In this document: positions 16,654-26,069 of the stretch, piece after piece
Layout: each line of letters starts with the position of its first letter
Numbering within the stretch: position 1 is the first letter of the stretch
Virus record (IMG/VR): IMGVR_UViG_3300045988_093480
Location: 1 to 47,447 of that record
DNA length: 47,447 nt
Reading direction: 5' to 3' (one strand)
Source: a virus
Notes under the pieces: generated by a model
Seen by the model: the letters and a program-made list of their open reading frames with translations, nothing else
Told to the model about the DNA's origin: nothing
The model's database searches: none
Made by a program: the position numbers and the translations under genes

Positions 16654-19594
16654 TTTCTATACCCTCCAATCTATTTAATCTTTTTAATTCTGTATTATTA
16701 TAATCATCTATTGGTTTTGCTATTGTTTTAGCGAGTGTACTTCCACCAACTTTTGTTTCAACATAAATAGGATTTTTAGCAGTTGCTTTTCCTATTTTTT
16801 CTATATCTTCGTCATTAAGTTTTAAACTTATATTTGTGTTATTTATAATATTGCTTGAATTATTATTACTTGCATTTATAGCAAATGATGTCATTTCACC
16901 TTGAACAGCAATTTTCATTCTATTAGATATTTCTGTTGATATTTCTCTAGCTTTTGCATATACTTGTTGAGCTTTATTTTTCATACCAACAATCCAACCT
17001 TCATCTAAGTTTTCTCCATAATCAGTAGTTATTTTTGAAGGAGAATTTATTTTAGCAGTTTTTTTCATTTCAGCATTAACTTGATTAACAAGACTTCTTG
17101 CAGCACTAACCGCTCTTGAAGTACCGCTTTGTATACCCTTTGTAACTCCATTAGCCATCTGTTGACCAATTTGTGTCGCTTGAGTCCTAGCTACATTTTT
17201 CATACTTATCATTTGTCTCGTAAAATTATTTCTAGCTTGTGTACTTTGAGTAGTTATAACATTTTTCATGCTTATCATTTGTGTCGTAACTGCATTTCTT
17301 GCATTAGTAGCTTGAGTTCTAGAAACTTTGCTTATAGATATCATCTGTCTTGTAATAGCATTTCTAGCTTGTGTACTTTGAGTATTAGCTACATTTTTAA
17401 TAGAAATAAACTGAGTGGTAAATGAGTTTCTTGCATTGCTAGATTGATTTCTAATAACATTACTCATAGATACCATCTGATTCCTAATTATATTAGCACT
17501 GCCGACAAAGCTTTCTCTCAATGAGTTTCTTAACGATTGAAAACTATTAGCTGCACTATTCGATACAGTAGCAATTGTACTTTCTATCATTTTTAAATCA
17601 TCTTTTAGCTGTTGTAATTCACTTGAATCCATAGAAGCTAATTTAGATGTTAAGCTATCGCTTAATCCTGTACCTATTTCCTCAGCTCCTGCAGATGCAT
17701 TTTCTTTTGCTGAATCAGTTAAGTTTTTAGCATATTGCTTACCAGCTTCAGTCCCTTTTTCTCCAATTTCAGCAGCATAAGATTCTGGAAAAAGTTTGTC
17801 TTTTATCCAATTACCTATACCACTAAGACCTTGCCCTAATGCAGAATCCCAAAATCCAACACTATTTTTACCAGCATCTTTAAGATTTGTCCCATCTCCA
17901 TTTAAACCTAAATGACTTAATACTCCTTCGCCTGTGCCTCCTAGAGCTTTCCAAAGTCCAGCCCCTGCACCTTCTATAATTTCAGGGATTAGTTTTAATT
18001 TTATTTTAGCTTGGAATACCTTTCCTTCTATATATAATCTTACTGCTTCCTCAGTAGCTTTATTTAAAGCTTCTCCTATTTCATCTTGATTTTGCTCAAA
18101 TGCATCTGATAAAGCCTGTATTATTGCATGTCCTGCATCTCCTATACTTCCTGCGTTTTTAGATACAAATTCGGCACCTTGAGAAAAAAGGCTGCTCAAA
18201 GTTGTCGTTATAGTACTTTGATTTTTTGTTATACCATTACATATATTAGATATAAGACTTGTCCCTGTACTAAAAAACTTAGGGCCTTGTTTAGTTACAG
18301 CACTTTCTATACCATTAAATGCATTAGTCATCAAGCTTGGTATACTTTTAAAACTTTCTTTTAATCCACTTGTAAGTTTTGTAACAGCTCCATCTACGTT
18401 GCCATTAACTAATAAATTCAAACTATCTCCTAATAAATCACAAAATTCACTCAAAGCAGGAGCGCAATCACTCATTATAGATAATCCTAAACCACTAGCA
18501 GCAGAACCTAAACGCATTATAGCACCCTTTAAAGATGTATCTATTATTTCTTGAGCTTTTTCAGCTGCTGACTGTGTTTCTTCTATAGCTTTTGTTGTTT
18601 TGTCAAACTCATCTGGAGTAAGTGAACATAATTCATTTACTTGATCTATTGAATCTGCTAATCCTAACTGTGTTAATATTGCTTCTCTTTCGTTTTTAGT
18701 TTTATCTCTAAGAGCTTCTACTACATTTTTTAAAGAAGCACTATAATTTAATGAATTATCGTCATTTTTTTCTATTTGAATTCCATATTTCTTCATTATT
18801 TTTTCTTGGCTTGCTGATGCATTATTTAGTTTGCTGAATACAGTGAATAAACTTTCAATGTCGTTACTTGTTACCTTTCCATCTTTTCCAAGTAATGTTA
18901 TTGATTTAGTTAAATCCGTAGATGATATTCCTAATGCATCCGCCATATCTTTTGACTCTTGAAATACAGAATGTAATTTTTCTAATCTTTTTTCAGTTTG
19001 CTTACTTGATAAGCCCATGTCTTCACATTCTTTTTTCCAATAAGTCATGCTTTCGGTAGAACCCTGTATGCTTTGCTTTAGACTTTCGTAATCTTTTTGA
19101 CTTGCATTTATAATAGCAAGTCCTCCAGCCATACCAGTTTTACCAAATAAAGTTTTAGCTGCAGCTGCCTGCTCTTTAAGAGGTAATTTACCTAAACTAC
19201 TTCTTAAATTTTGCATAGTAGCATCTAGGTCTACAGAGCCATCAGCACTTTCTTTAAGTGTTATATTATATTTGTCCATAGCCTTTTGTACGGTAGTAGT
19301 TGGGCCGGATAAATTAGTTAACATTGTACGTAAACTCGTGCCTCCCAAACTTGCTTTAATTCCGACGTTGGCTAAAAGGCCTGTAGCGAGTGCTAAATCT
19401 TCGAATTGTACACCTAAAGAACCTGCTACTGGAGCAACATATTTCATTGTTTCACCCATCATTTCAACATTTGTGTTAGAACGAGTGATGGTAGCTGCAA
19501 ACATATCAACCATGTCACCACAATCTGTAGCTTGCATACCCATTGCAGTTATTGTATCAGTCACTATATCAGATGTTGTACCAAGGTCAGCACT
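16646..19594 (-). CDS. Tape measure protein, proposed exon 2
   Basis: The frame is open upstream of the track start and reads SADLGTTSDIVTDTITAMGMQATD...MGETMKYVAPVAGSLG...GIKASLGGTSLR, the TP901-type TMP core. Confidence 0.75.
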   Translation of the reverse strand, partial: SADLGTTSDIVTDTITAMGMQATDCGDMVDMFAATITRSNTNVEMMGETMKYVAPVAGSLGVQFEDLALATGLLANVGIKASLGGTSLRTMLTNLSGPTTTVQKAMDKYNITLKESADGSVDLDATMQNLRSSLGKLPLKEQAAAAKTLFGKTGMAGGLAIINASQKDYESLKQSIQGSTESMTYWKKECEDMGLSSKQTEKRLEKLHSVFQESKDMADALGISSTDLTKSITLLGKDGKVTSNDIESLFTVFSKLNNASASQEKIMKKYGIQIEKNDDNSLNYSASLKNVVEALRDKTKNEREAILTQLGLADSIDQVNELCSLTPDEFDKTTKAIEETQSAAEKAQEIIDTSLKGAIMRLGSAASGLGLSIMSDCAPALSEFCDLLGDSLNLLVNGNVDGAVTKLTSGLKESFKSIPSLMTNAFNGIESAVTKQGPKFFSTGTSLISNICNGITKNQSTITTTLSSLFSQGAEFVSKNAGSIGDAGHAIIQALSDAFEQNQDEIGEALNKATEEAVRLYIEGKVFQAKIKLKLIPEIIEGAGAGLWKALGGTGEGVLSHLGLNGDGTNLKDAGKNSVGFWDSALGQGLSGIGNWIKDKLFPESYAAEIGEKGTEAGKQYAKNLTDSAKENASAGAEEIGTGLSDSLTSKLASMDSSELQQLKDDLKMIESTIATVSNSAANSFQSLRNSLRESFVGSANIIRNQMVSMSNVIRNQSSNARNSFTTQFISIKNVANTQSTQARNAITRQMISISKVSRTQATNARNAVTTQMISMKNVITTQSTQARNNFTRQMISMKNVARTQATQIGQQMANGVTKGIQSGTSRAVSAARSLVNQVNAEMKKTAKINSPSKITTDYGENLDEGWIVGMKNKAQQVYAKAREISTEISNRMKIAVQGEMTSFAINASNNNSSNIINNTNISLKLNDEDIEKIGKATAKNPIYVETKVGGSTLAKTIAKPIDDYNNTELKRLNRLEGIENV
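17150..17500 (-). repeat. About five tandem 66-bp (22-aa) repeats inside the tape measure gene
   Basis: Peptide repeats of the form TQ(A/S)TxARNxxTxQMISMKNV seen in translation. Confidence 0.8.
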
Positions 19595-19962
19595 CGGTTT
19601 GTTATCATTGAGCTTTTTATCTCAATTTCTAGGGCATTACTCCCATTACCTCATGTCAATTCATGAGTAGTCCAGCATACCTTGTTATGTAGTTGCTAAT
19701 CGGCACATAGAACGGCCTCGTGGATGAATTATACTCTTACATCATAAGTGTAAGTATCATCATCTATGCGTTGCCCCTGACTGTTATTACTAACATCACT
19801 AATTTCCATTATTTATTTAATAAATAATTTTATATAGATTAGACTTTTAAAAGTCGCCTTCGGTTCTGATTGCGGTATAATATACACCCGCCTCCCAGCT
19901 TAATTCCGTTCTAATTATCTTAGGACTTCCACCGACTTTGTCCTAAGACGGCAATTTTGTTT
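19595..19962 (-). other. ORF-less structured intervening sequence in the TMP gene (putative group I-like self-splicing intron)
   Basis: Interrupts a conserved TMP motif. The last exon base is U and the last insert base is G. Contains a 10-bp hairpin at 19917..19949 and the long-range pairing 19906..19912 / 19709..19715. No ORF. Confidence 0.55.
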
Positions 19963-20529
19963 ACCTATTTGTGCTAATCGGAGAACGCTCGGTAATCCAG
20001 CTATTGATTCTTGAGCAGACCAACCAGCCATACTCGTATATTTTAACCCTTCTGCTGCATCTGTAGCGGTAAATTGTGTTTCACGACCTAACTTAGCCGT
20101 TATATCTAGTAACTGTTGGAATTCGCTTGTAGTTGCTCCTGATATAGCTTGTACTTCCTTCATAGTTGCATTGTAAGAAGTATATTCACTTATAATATCT
20201 CCTATAGAGGTAGGGATTCCACCTATTTGAGCTAATGAGTCCCATATTTGCCCTCCAATATCAAGAGCGACACTGCCAATATTTTTTAAAACCCCTGTAA
20301 CTTCTGTTAAAGCTGTTACACCTAATTTATGTACTGCTTTAAAACCTACAACTAATGCAGAAACTGATAGTGTTGCTGCTTTAGCTGCGGGCGAAAGTGA
20401 AGAAAACTTATCTACTAAACTTTTTAATCCTTTATTTGCTATAGAGTCAAGTTCTTTTATTCCTGACTGGAGTCCAGTATTATCTAATGCAGTATCTATA
20501 ATAATTTGACCATCACTGATAAGCTCCAC
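19963..20529 (-). CDS. Tape measure protein, proposed exon 1
   Basis: 189 codons ending ...AGLPSVLRLAQIG. The track ORF then continues 15 codons into the insert before a stop. The GTG start overlaps the SD, so the start is uncertain. Confidence 0.7.
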
Positions 20530-20550
20530 CTCCTATCTATACATAAAAAT

Positions 20551-20580
20551 AAAAACACCCACTTTCGCAGGTGTTTTACA
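20551..20580 (-). terminator. Terminator-like hairpin between the chaperone genes and TMP
   Basis: AACACC-10 nt-GGTGTT followed by TTTTTATTTTT on the minus strand. Confidence 0.4.
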
Positions 20581-20584
20581 TTTT

Positions 20585-21211
20585 CTATAATAAATTTGTA
20601 ATATCAAGTCCTTTTTCAAGTGCTTCACTTATAGCATTTATTCTTTCTTGTTCCTCTTTTGCTATTTTAGTCTTGATTCTATATAACTCTTGCATTTCTT
20701 TATAAAATTGCTTTTGTTCTTTGTCTTTTATTTTAGTTAAATCTATACTTCTATATTCAAGTATTTTAGTAAACATGCAATTATCTAATGCTTTGAAATT
20801 AGCTCTAAATTTCCACCAATGCATATAATCTATGTCTTGCAAATCTATATTGTAATTTTTAAGAAATGCAGAATATATAAAATCTTGGTCTATGTCATAA
20901 TCGTATATGATTTTATTTTTTCTTCTCTTGGTATTTGCATATGTTAAATTTATGTCATCTTCTTTACCACATTTATAAAACCATAATATTTTTTCTACAG
21001 CTTCTTGGATATCTTTTATTTTTTTACCTGCATTAAAATCATTATCAAAATACAATGCTAATGCAAGTTGAGTTTTTTCATCATCTTTTATGTCTACATC
21101 AAATATCATTTGTTCAAACAATATTCCTGTTCTGAAATCGGAATTTATTTGAAATTCTTCATTAGATATTTTTACTTTTGTAGGCAATTCATCTATTAAT
21201 ATATTATACAT
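20585..21211 (-). CDS. Tail assembly chaperone T-part (Gp15-like), probably made as a G-T fusion by -1 frameshift
   Basis: No SD before its ATG. It is in the -1 frame relative to the upstream gene, and that frame is open across the junction. Confidence 0.7.
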   Translation of the reverse strand: MYNILIDELPTKVKISNEEFQINSDFRTGILFEQMIFDVDIKDDEKTQLALALYFDNDFNAGKKIKDIQEAVEKILWFYKCGKEDDINLTYANTKRRKNKIIYDYDIDQDFIYSAFLKNYNIDLQDIDYMHWWKFRANFKALDNCMFTKILEYRSIDLTKIKDKEQKQFYKEMQELYRIKTKIAKEEQERINAISEALEKGLDITNLL

Positions 21212-21216
21212 ATCAA

Positions 21217-21579
21217 TTATTTTTTAGATTTACGTCTTTGTGCTCTGTTCGGTGTATATTTTCCTATAGAATTAGCAAGTTCTTCATCTTGCTTTGCAGC
21301 TTCAGCTATTACTTGTTGAAATGCTGATAAACAATCTTTTAGATTTACTTTTTCTCCAAAAACTTTTTTATCAGTTCCTTCTCCAAATATAGAGTTGAAA
21401 AATTTAAATACACTTTTACATTGAATCCTTATTTTTTCTGATAATTTTAAGTCACTATCTTCATCAAAAGTAGTTTCTTCTATAGCTACTTCAAGAGCAT
21501 TTTCATATTTTTCCATAACATCTGGATCATACACACAAAATTCTAATTCAGTTTCTCTATCATTTACTTTAACTTTCAT
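21217..21579 (-). CDS. Tail assembly chaperone (gpG-like)
   Basis: 120 aa and acidic, located between the major tail protein and TMP. Ends ...AAA AAA TAA. Confidence 0.75.
   Translation of the reverse strand: MKVKVNDRETELEFCVYDPDVMEKYENALEVAIEETTFDEDSDLKLSEKIRIQCKSVFKFFNSIFGEGTDKKVFGEKVNLKDCLSAFQQVIAEAAKQDEELANSIGKYTPNRAQRRKSKK
21220..21225 (-). promoter_or_regulatory. A6 slippery tract adjacent to the stop codon (putative -1 recoding site for G-T)
   Basis: TCT AAA AAA TAA. A -1 slip reads AAA ATA ATT GAT ATG..., entering the downstream ORF. Confidence 0.5.
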
Positions 21580-21590
21580 ATTTTATCCCC

Positions 21591-22121
21591 TTATCCATCT
21601 ACTTTATTGGTATTTACAGACATTGCATTAGTATTGGCAGATTGCGTTGCTGCATCTGCTGTAAATGTTTTTGTAGTTGTATTAAATGTTCCTTCTGTAA
21701 CTCCACCAACTGCATTTAAATTGCCTGACAGTTCATTTATGTTGCCGCCTTCACCTTTTTTAGAATCAACTTGAACACTAACAGTAAATAATCTAGCTTT
21801 ATAAGTATTATCCCCTTCTGCAGGGTCATATAAATCTACTTTTACATATTTTCTTTCTGCATCTGCTCCTGTTTTTTGATTTCTTGCTATACTCCATATA
21901 TCCATAACAACTTTTTCTGATTTTATCATATCAGCAGTAAATGGGAATGTTGGCTTATATCCTGTAACTGAAGTAGTAGATGATTTTTCATGTATATATG
22001 TTTTTTCATCTGTTTGAGCATTTGGATTTTCGTCTAAAGCTGTAAATCCAGTTCCCATAAATTCATATCCCTCTCCTACTTCCATATAGTCAGCTTCCAT
22101 ATATCTATATACTGAATCCAT
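21591..22121 (-). CDS. Major tail protein
   Basis: 176 aa, positioned directly upstream of the chaperone pair. No sheath gene is present. Confidence 0.75.
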   Translation of the reverse strand: MDSVYRYMEADYMEVGEGYEFMGTGFTALDENPNAQTDEKTYIHEKSSTTSVTGYKPTFPFTADMIKSEKVVMDIWSIARNQKTGADAERKYVKVDLYDPAEGDNTYKARLFTVSVQVDSKKGEGGNINELSGNLNAVGGVTEGTFNTTTKTFTADAATQSANTNAMSVNTNKVDG

Positions 22122-22139
22122 ATTATCTCTTCCTTTCTT

Positions 22140-22595
22140 TTATAAAATAAATAAACTTTTTTCAAAATAAACTAATCTGCATTGTATTTGATATCTGCAT
22201 TTATCCATTTGCATATCCATTACTTCACCTGTATACCCTGTTGTTAAACATTCAATTCTTCTTGATTCTCTACCTTCGCCTATATTCGGTAGATTACCTA
22301 ATATACTTTGTTGTTCTATCCATTTAGAAAAATGTTCATAGAAACCTAAATTTTCTAGATTTTGAAATACATCATTACCATAAGCTTCTCTACTAGAAAA
22401 TACAAATAAATATTGCTTTTCTGCTGAACCATCTATATATCGTTTTATAATAGGTTGTGTTGGTATACCTTCTATAGAGTAACTAGATGTTTTTTCACCT
22501 AAGTAATCTACGCTTATTCCTTTATGAAATTCATTTAAATAAGGGCATTCTTTTATAAAATCTCGTATACCTTCTACTATTGTTTTATCAGCCAT
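22140..22595 (-). CDS. Head-tail joining / tail completion protein
   Basis: Size and synteny between the connector proteins and the major tail protein. Confidence 0.55.
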   Translation of the reverse strand: MADKTIVEGIRDFIKECPYLNEFHKGISVDYLGEKTSSYSIEGIPTQPIIKRYIDGSAEKQYLFVFSSREAYGNDVFQNLENLGFYEHFSKWIEQQSILGNLPNIGEGRESRRIECLTTGYTGEVMDMQMDKCRYQIQCRLVYFEKSLFIL

Positions 22596-22960
22596 TATTT
22601 TGCCCTACCTCCTACAAAATCAGCTATCGATTTTACTACTTCTCTCCCTCTATCTGCCCACATTCTTTTATCCCAGTACTTACCTCGCTTAGGAGCATGT
22701 TGGTAGTTAAAAGGCTTTCCGTTTTTACTAATTCCATTATATTGATAATGAGAATACGGCTGAATGTATGTGATTTTATTTTTGCCTACCTTTGCTGTAT
22801 TTTTTAAAGGTCCTTCGTCAAATGGTACATATTCATCACAAAATTTTCTTACTTCTTGAGTAAAAAACTGTTGTGCTTCGCCATCTTTATTAAGTTTATG
22901 CCTTAACAAAATTTCTTCTGCTGGATCCATTTGTAATATGATTCGTGTTTTAGTAGCCAT
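22595..22960 (-). CDS. Head-tail joining protein (minor capsid / gp10-like)
   Basis: Synteny, and ATGA overlap with the neighbouring gene. Confidence 0.55.
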   Translation of the reverse strand: MATKTRIILQMDPAEEILLRHKLNKDGEAQQFFTQEVRKFCDEYVPFDEGPLKNTAKVGKNKITYIQPYSHYQYNGISKNGKPFNYQHAPKRGKYWDKRMWADRGREVVKSIADFVGGRAK

Positions 22961-23407
22961 TTACATAGCACCTACTTTCCAATGCCTCATATTATTACTT
23001 CCATAATCATTTTTTTCAATAGAAGTAATATTAAATACATCATCAAAATTATTTTCCAATGTTTTAATATTATTCCCTGTTTCGCCTGTAAGTTCAAAAT
23101 CAACCATTTCGCCTACAATTTTATCGTCGTTATCAAAAGTAAAGTATTTATCTCTATCTATTTCAGATAATTGTCCAAAATGTGTAGGACTTATATATTC
23201 TTTTCCTTCGAAATAAGCATTAAAAGGTATATAAATAGCACATGTATTTTGATTATTTAAAGAGCCTTTTCCATCACTTTTAATTCCTGTAGATATTTCT
23301 ATATGTACACCTTGTATATATGTCCTAGCATATCTAATAATGTCATTATCTCTGTCATAAAAAGCATTATAAAGAGTTATATTCTTATCAAATATCATAA
23401 TCAACAC
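22961..23407 (-). CDS. Head-tail joining protein (head closure-like)
   Basis: Synteny. Confidence 0.55.
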   Translation of the reverse strand: MLIMIFDKNITLYNAFYDRDNDIIRYARTYIQGVHIEISTGIKSDGKGSLNNQNTCAIYIPFNAYFEGKEYISPTHFGQLSEIDRDKYFTFDNDDKIVGEMVDFELTGETGNNIKTLENNFDDVFNITSIEKNDYGSNNMRHWKVGAM

Positions 23408-23759
23408 CTCTATATAGCAACCCTGTATGAGCTAAATACATTCTAGCTACTTTATATAATCTTTTTTCTTCTGTACTTCTTGAATCTGTAGATCTTGAGA
23501 AGCTAACAGAATAGTCACCAACTTTTTCAGATGTTATTATTCCATCTTGCTTGTCTTTTTCTATTCTTGCCTTTTCGTTTATTACCGCATATACTGCCTT
23601 TCTAGCTTCTACAGGAGCTTCATTCATCATTTTAAGTCTATTCATTGTTATGCAATTTATATACTCCATAGCAAAATCAGCATAAGTTGCAAACTTTTCT
23701 TCTGGTATGACCGAGCCAAAAGAAAAGTCTTTGTATTCGTTATAATTTATATCAGCCAT
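23388..23759 (-). CDS. gp6-like head-tail connector protein
   Basis: 123 aa, first gene after the capsid block, N-terminus resembles the Phage_connect_1 type. Confidence 0.6.
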   Translation of the reverse strand: MADINYNEYKDFSFGSVIPEEKFATYADFAMEYINCITMNRLKMMNEAPVEARKAVYAVINEKARIEKDKQDGIITSEKVGDYSVSFSRSTDSRSTEEKRLYKVARMYLAHTGLLYRGVDYDI

Positions 23760-23769
23760 ACCATTCTCC

Positions 23770-24015
23770 TTATTCTTTTTCAGTTGATTTCAACTTTTTA
23801 TTTTCTCTTTTTAATTTTGCTATTTCAGATGCTTGTTTAGTTACTTCGGCTTTTAATGTAGAATTTTCTTCTTTTAAAGCTGCATATTCTGTAGCTCTAC
23901 CAACTTCGGTTATATTACCTTCTGCATCTAAAACATTATATCCTAAGGCTAAATAGGAGTCTTTTTGAGACTCCAATATAGTTAATTCCTTATTATTTTT
24001 TTTTACAACTATCAT
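23770..24015 (-). CDS. Hypothetical coiled-coil protein downstream of the major capsid gene
   Basis: 81-aa ORF with an RBS and a C-terminal heptad-rich region. Confidence 0.5.
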   Translation of the reverse strand: MIVVKKNNKELTILESQKDSYLALGYNVLDAEGNITEVGRATEYAALKEENSTLKAEVTKQASEIAKLKRENKKLKSTEKE

Positions 24016-24027
24016 CCAATCACCTCA

Positions 24028-24921
24028 TTAAGTTGGATTTATAACAAAATCAATTGCATCAACTTTGTTATTTAGTATGAATACATCTTCAAAAGATTCT
24101 TCATAGTAATAATATTTATTTTGAGTTTTAGCGCAAGGCTCATCTAAACATGCTGACTCATAAGAAACAGGTGTTATAACTGCTAATGGATGTATTAAAC
24201 ACATTTGTATTCGTTTAGCACTAGTACCAGCTTTCCAACCTGTTGTAAAATCATAAGCAGTTTTCATAAGTTCTTCTGGAACAACTTGTATTTCAACTTC
24301 ATCTATTCTTGATATTGTTCTTTGTATAGTTGAAGCTCCATTTCCATCTATATTTATATTTCTTACGATTTCTTTTGCATTTTTAATTATTTTATTTACT
24401 CCTGGAGTAACATATAAGATTCTTCCCATGCTAGGTACTCTCTTGTTATCCATTTTTTCCATCATATCATCAAATTGTTGTAATACGTTTTCTGCTGTTA
24501 AAGCTAGTTCAGTAGCTGTTTTGCTTAAAGCAGTCCAATCTGAGTATATTTTTGATATACAATAAGCATCCATTTCAGGGAATTTTTGTTCTTCATTGTA
24601 TACTTTTGTTATATTAGCTATAGTCAACACCATATTAGTTTGAGTAACGTCCATTGGATGCACTAGAGTATCCCAATATCTTTCGTTAGTAAGTGTTTTT
24701 GTCTCCCATTCATTGCTATGATTTTTAGCAGCTGCAGATATTGTATCTCTATTAGCATCTTTTCTACCTGTTGTACTTATAACTGGTATTTCTATAGTTT
24801 TTGCATTTACCCATTTATATCTAGAATCATTAGGAGTATTATATAAAGCTCCAAAGTATAATTGATATGGGAAAACTTGATCTAGTTCTCTAGAATATTC
24901 TTTTGCGTAATTTGTTGCCAT
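24028..24921 (-). CDS. Major capsid protein
   Basis: 297 aa following the scaffold gene; strong RBS. Confidence 0.8.
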   Translation of the reverse strand: MATNYAKEYSRELDQVFPYQLYFGALYNTPNDSRYKWVNAKTIEIPVISTTGRKDANRDTISAAAKNHSNEWETKTLTNERYWDTLVHPMDVTQTNMVLTIANITKVYNEEQKFPEMDAYCISKIYSDWTALSKTATELALTAENVLQQFDDMMEKMDNKRVPSMGRILYVTPGVNKIIKNAKEIVRNINIDGNGASTIQRTISRIDEVEIQVVPEELMKTAYDFTTGWKAGTSAKRIQMCLIHPLAVITPVSYESACLDEPCAKTQNKYYYYEESFEDVFILNNKVDAIDFVINPT

Positions 24922-24942
24922 TTTTCATCATCCTTTCATTAA

Positions 24943-25551
24943 TTATTTTTCAACTTTTCTTACAGGAGTGAACATATTTAAAAAGTTGAATTTACTTTGT
25001 TGTTCCCCACCGTCACTTCCACCAGTAGGTTTTACTATTTGAGGCATTGGAGGTGCATCAGGCTCTTGCTTTGGCTCTTCTTTAAACAAAGCTTTATGCT
25101 CTTCTTTGTATTGCTTCATAAAGTCATCAGCGCCTAAGAATTTACCATCTTCTAGTTTAAATTCTTTTGCTTTAAACTTTAAAGTAGCTATTTCCTTTGC
25201 ATCAGCATCTATAAAATCATATTGATTCATAAAATCTTTAGCTGCATAATCATAATCTTTTTTGGCTATAGTTTCATTAAGTGCTTTTGTATCTGTTTCA
25301 TATTTTATTTTCCAATCTTCAGCACTTTTTTTAATTCCTTCTATATCCATATCTTTATAAGTTTGTATTTCTTTATTAACATCTTTAAGCTGAGTTTCAA
25401 ATCCATCGGATTTTATTTTATATGTTTCAGCTTCTTTCTTGTATTTTGCAGTTTCTTTATTCGCATCTTCTATCTCCGAAGTATGCTGAGATAATATTTT
25501 TGTGACTTGTTCTTCTGTTAGTCCTAAATCTTCTAGAAATTTCTTCTCCAT
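24943..25551 (-). CDS. Scaffolding protein (GP20-like)
   Basis: Start chosen at the internal ATG at 25551, after AAGGAG. Acidic and coiled-coil rich. Confidence 0.75.
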   Translation of the reverse strand: MEKKFLEDLGLTEEQVTKILSQHTSEIEDANKETAKYKKEAETYKIKSDGFETQLKDVNKEIQTYKDMDIEGIKKSAEDWKIKYETDTKALNETIAKKDYDYAAKDFMNQYDFIDADAKEIATLKFKAKEFKLEDGKFLGADDFMKQYKEEHKALFKEEPKQEPDAPPMPQIVKPTGGSDGGEQQSKFNFLNMFTPVRKVEK

Positions 25552-25583
25552 CTTTTCTCCTTTCTTTGCATAAAAATAAGGCC

Positions 25584-25730
25584 TTACAGCCATTCGTGTC
25601 TTTCCTTATATTTCTTATAATATTTCTTGTAATAAGATGAATTTTCTCCAAGTGTTGCTAAATCAAATAGTATTTTGGGGCTTGTAATCAAACCCAACCT
25701 TACTAATATTCTATCTGATAATTTTTTCAT
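25584..25730 (-). CDS. Small basic protein, 48 aa
   Basis: Not in the track. RBS AAGGAG 7 nt upstream of the ATG. Sequence MKKLSDRILVRLGLITSPKILFDL... Confidence 0.4.
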   Translation of the reverse strand: MKKLSDRILVRLGLITSPKILFDLATLGENSSYYKKYYKKYKERHEWL

Positions 25731-25823
25731 TTTTCCACTCCTTTCTAAAGGTATAAACTATCAAGGAATTTTTCCTAAGTATCTTAAAATCGATTTTAGA
25801 AGGTCGGATTATGTAAACTTTTT

Positions 25824-26069
25824 TTACAAATCTATATTTTCTATTTTTGCTCTTTCGTCTAATATATTTTTATATGCCTCCATATATACTAATTGTGTAT
25901 GTAATAAATCATAAGAACAATTAGGTGTAAATCCTAAAGTACCAGCTTTATATTTTATTAACATTCTTTGTAATCCTGTTATTCTATTATCTAGTTGATA
26001 ATATTCTGCTTTAAATCTATCTTTAAAATCTGTTCCTAACATTAAATCTACTGTGTTTTTTAATTCCAT
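25824..26069 (-). CDS. Hypothetical head-module protein
   Basis: 81-aa ORF abutting the minor head protein gene. Confidence 0.6.
   Translation of the reverse strand: MELKNTVDLMLGTDFKDRFKAEYYQLDNRITGLQRMLIKYKAGTLGFTPNCSYDLLHTQLVYMEAYKNILDERAKIENIDL

Noticed and set aside
3244-19670. Many plus-strand track ORFs nested inside minus-strand structural genes (for example 3244..3447, 4046..4273, 5516..5716, 6426..6818, 8645..8863, 9268..9492, 9647..10126, 13235..13580, 14770..15021, 16126..16516, 17129..17425, 18128..18364, 19272..19670).
   Set aside because: They have low-complexity Leu/Phe/Ile/Ser-rich translations and no Shine-Dalgarno sequences. They lie fully antisense to long ORFs that carry clear protein motifs, which is typical of chance ORFs on the opposite strand of AT-rich coding DNA.
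19595-19962. The TMP insert as a group II intron, an IS/MITE insertion making a pseudogene, or a translational bypass element.
   Set aside because: There is no GUGYG 5' end, no AY 3' end, no domain V-like hairpin and no reverse transcriptase ORF. There are no terminal inverted repeats or target duplication. 368 nt is far beyond known ribosome hops. A structured self-splicing intron fits best, although it is unproven.
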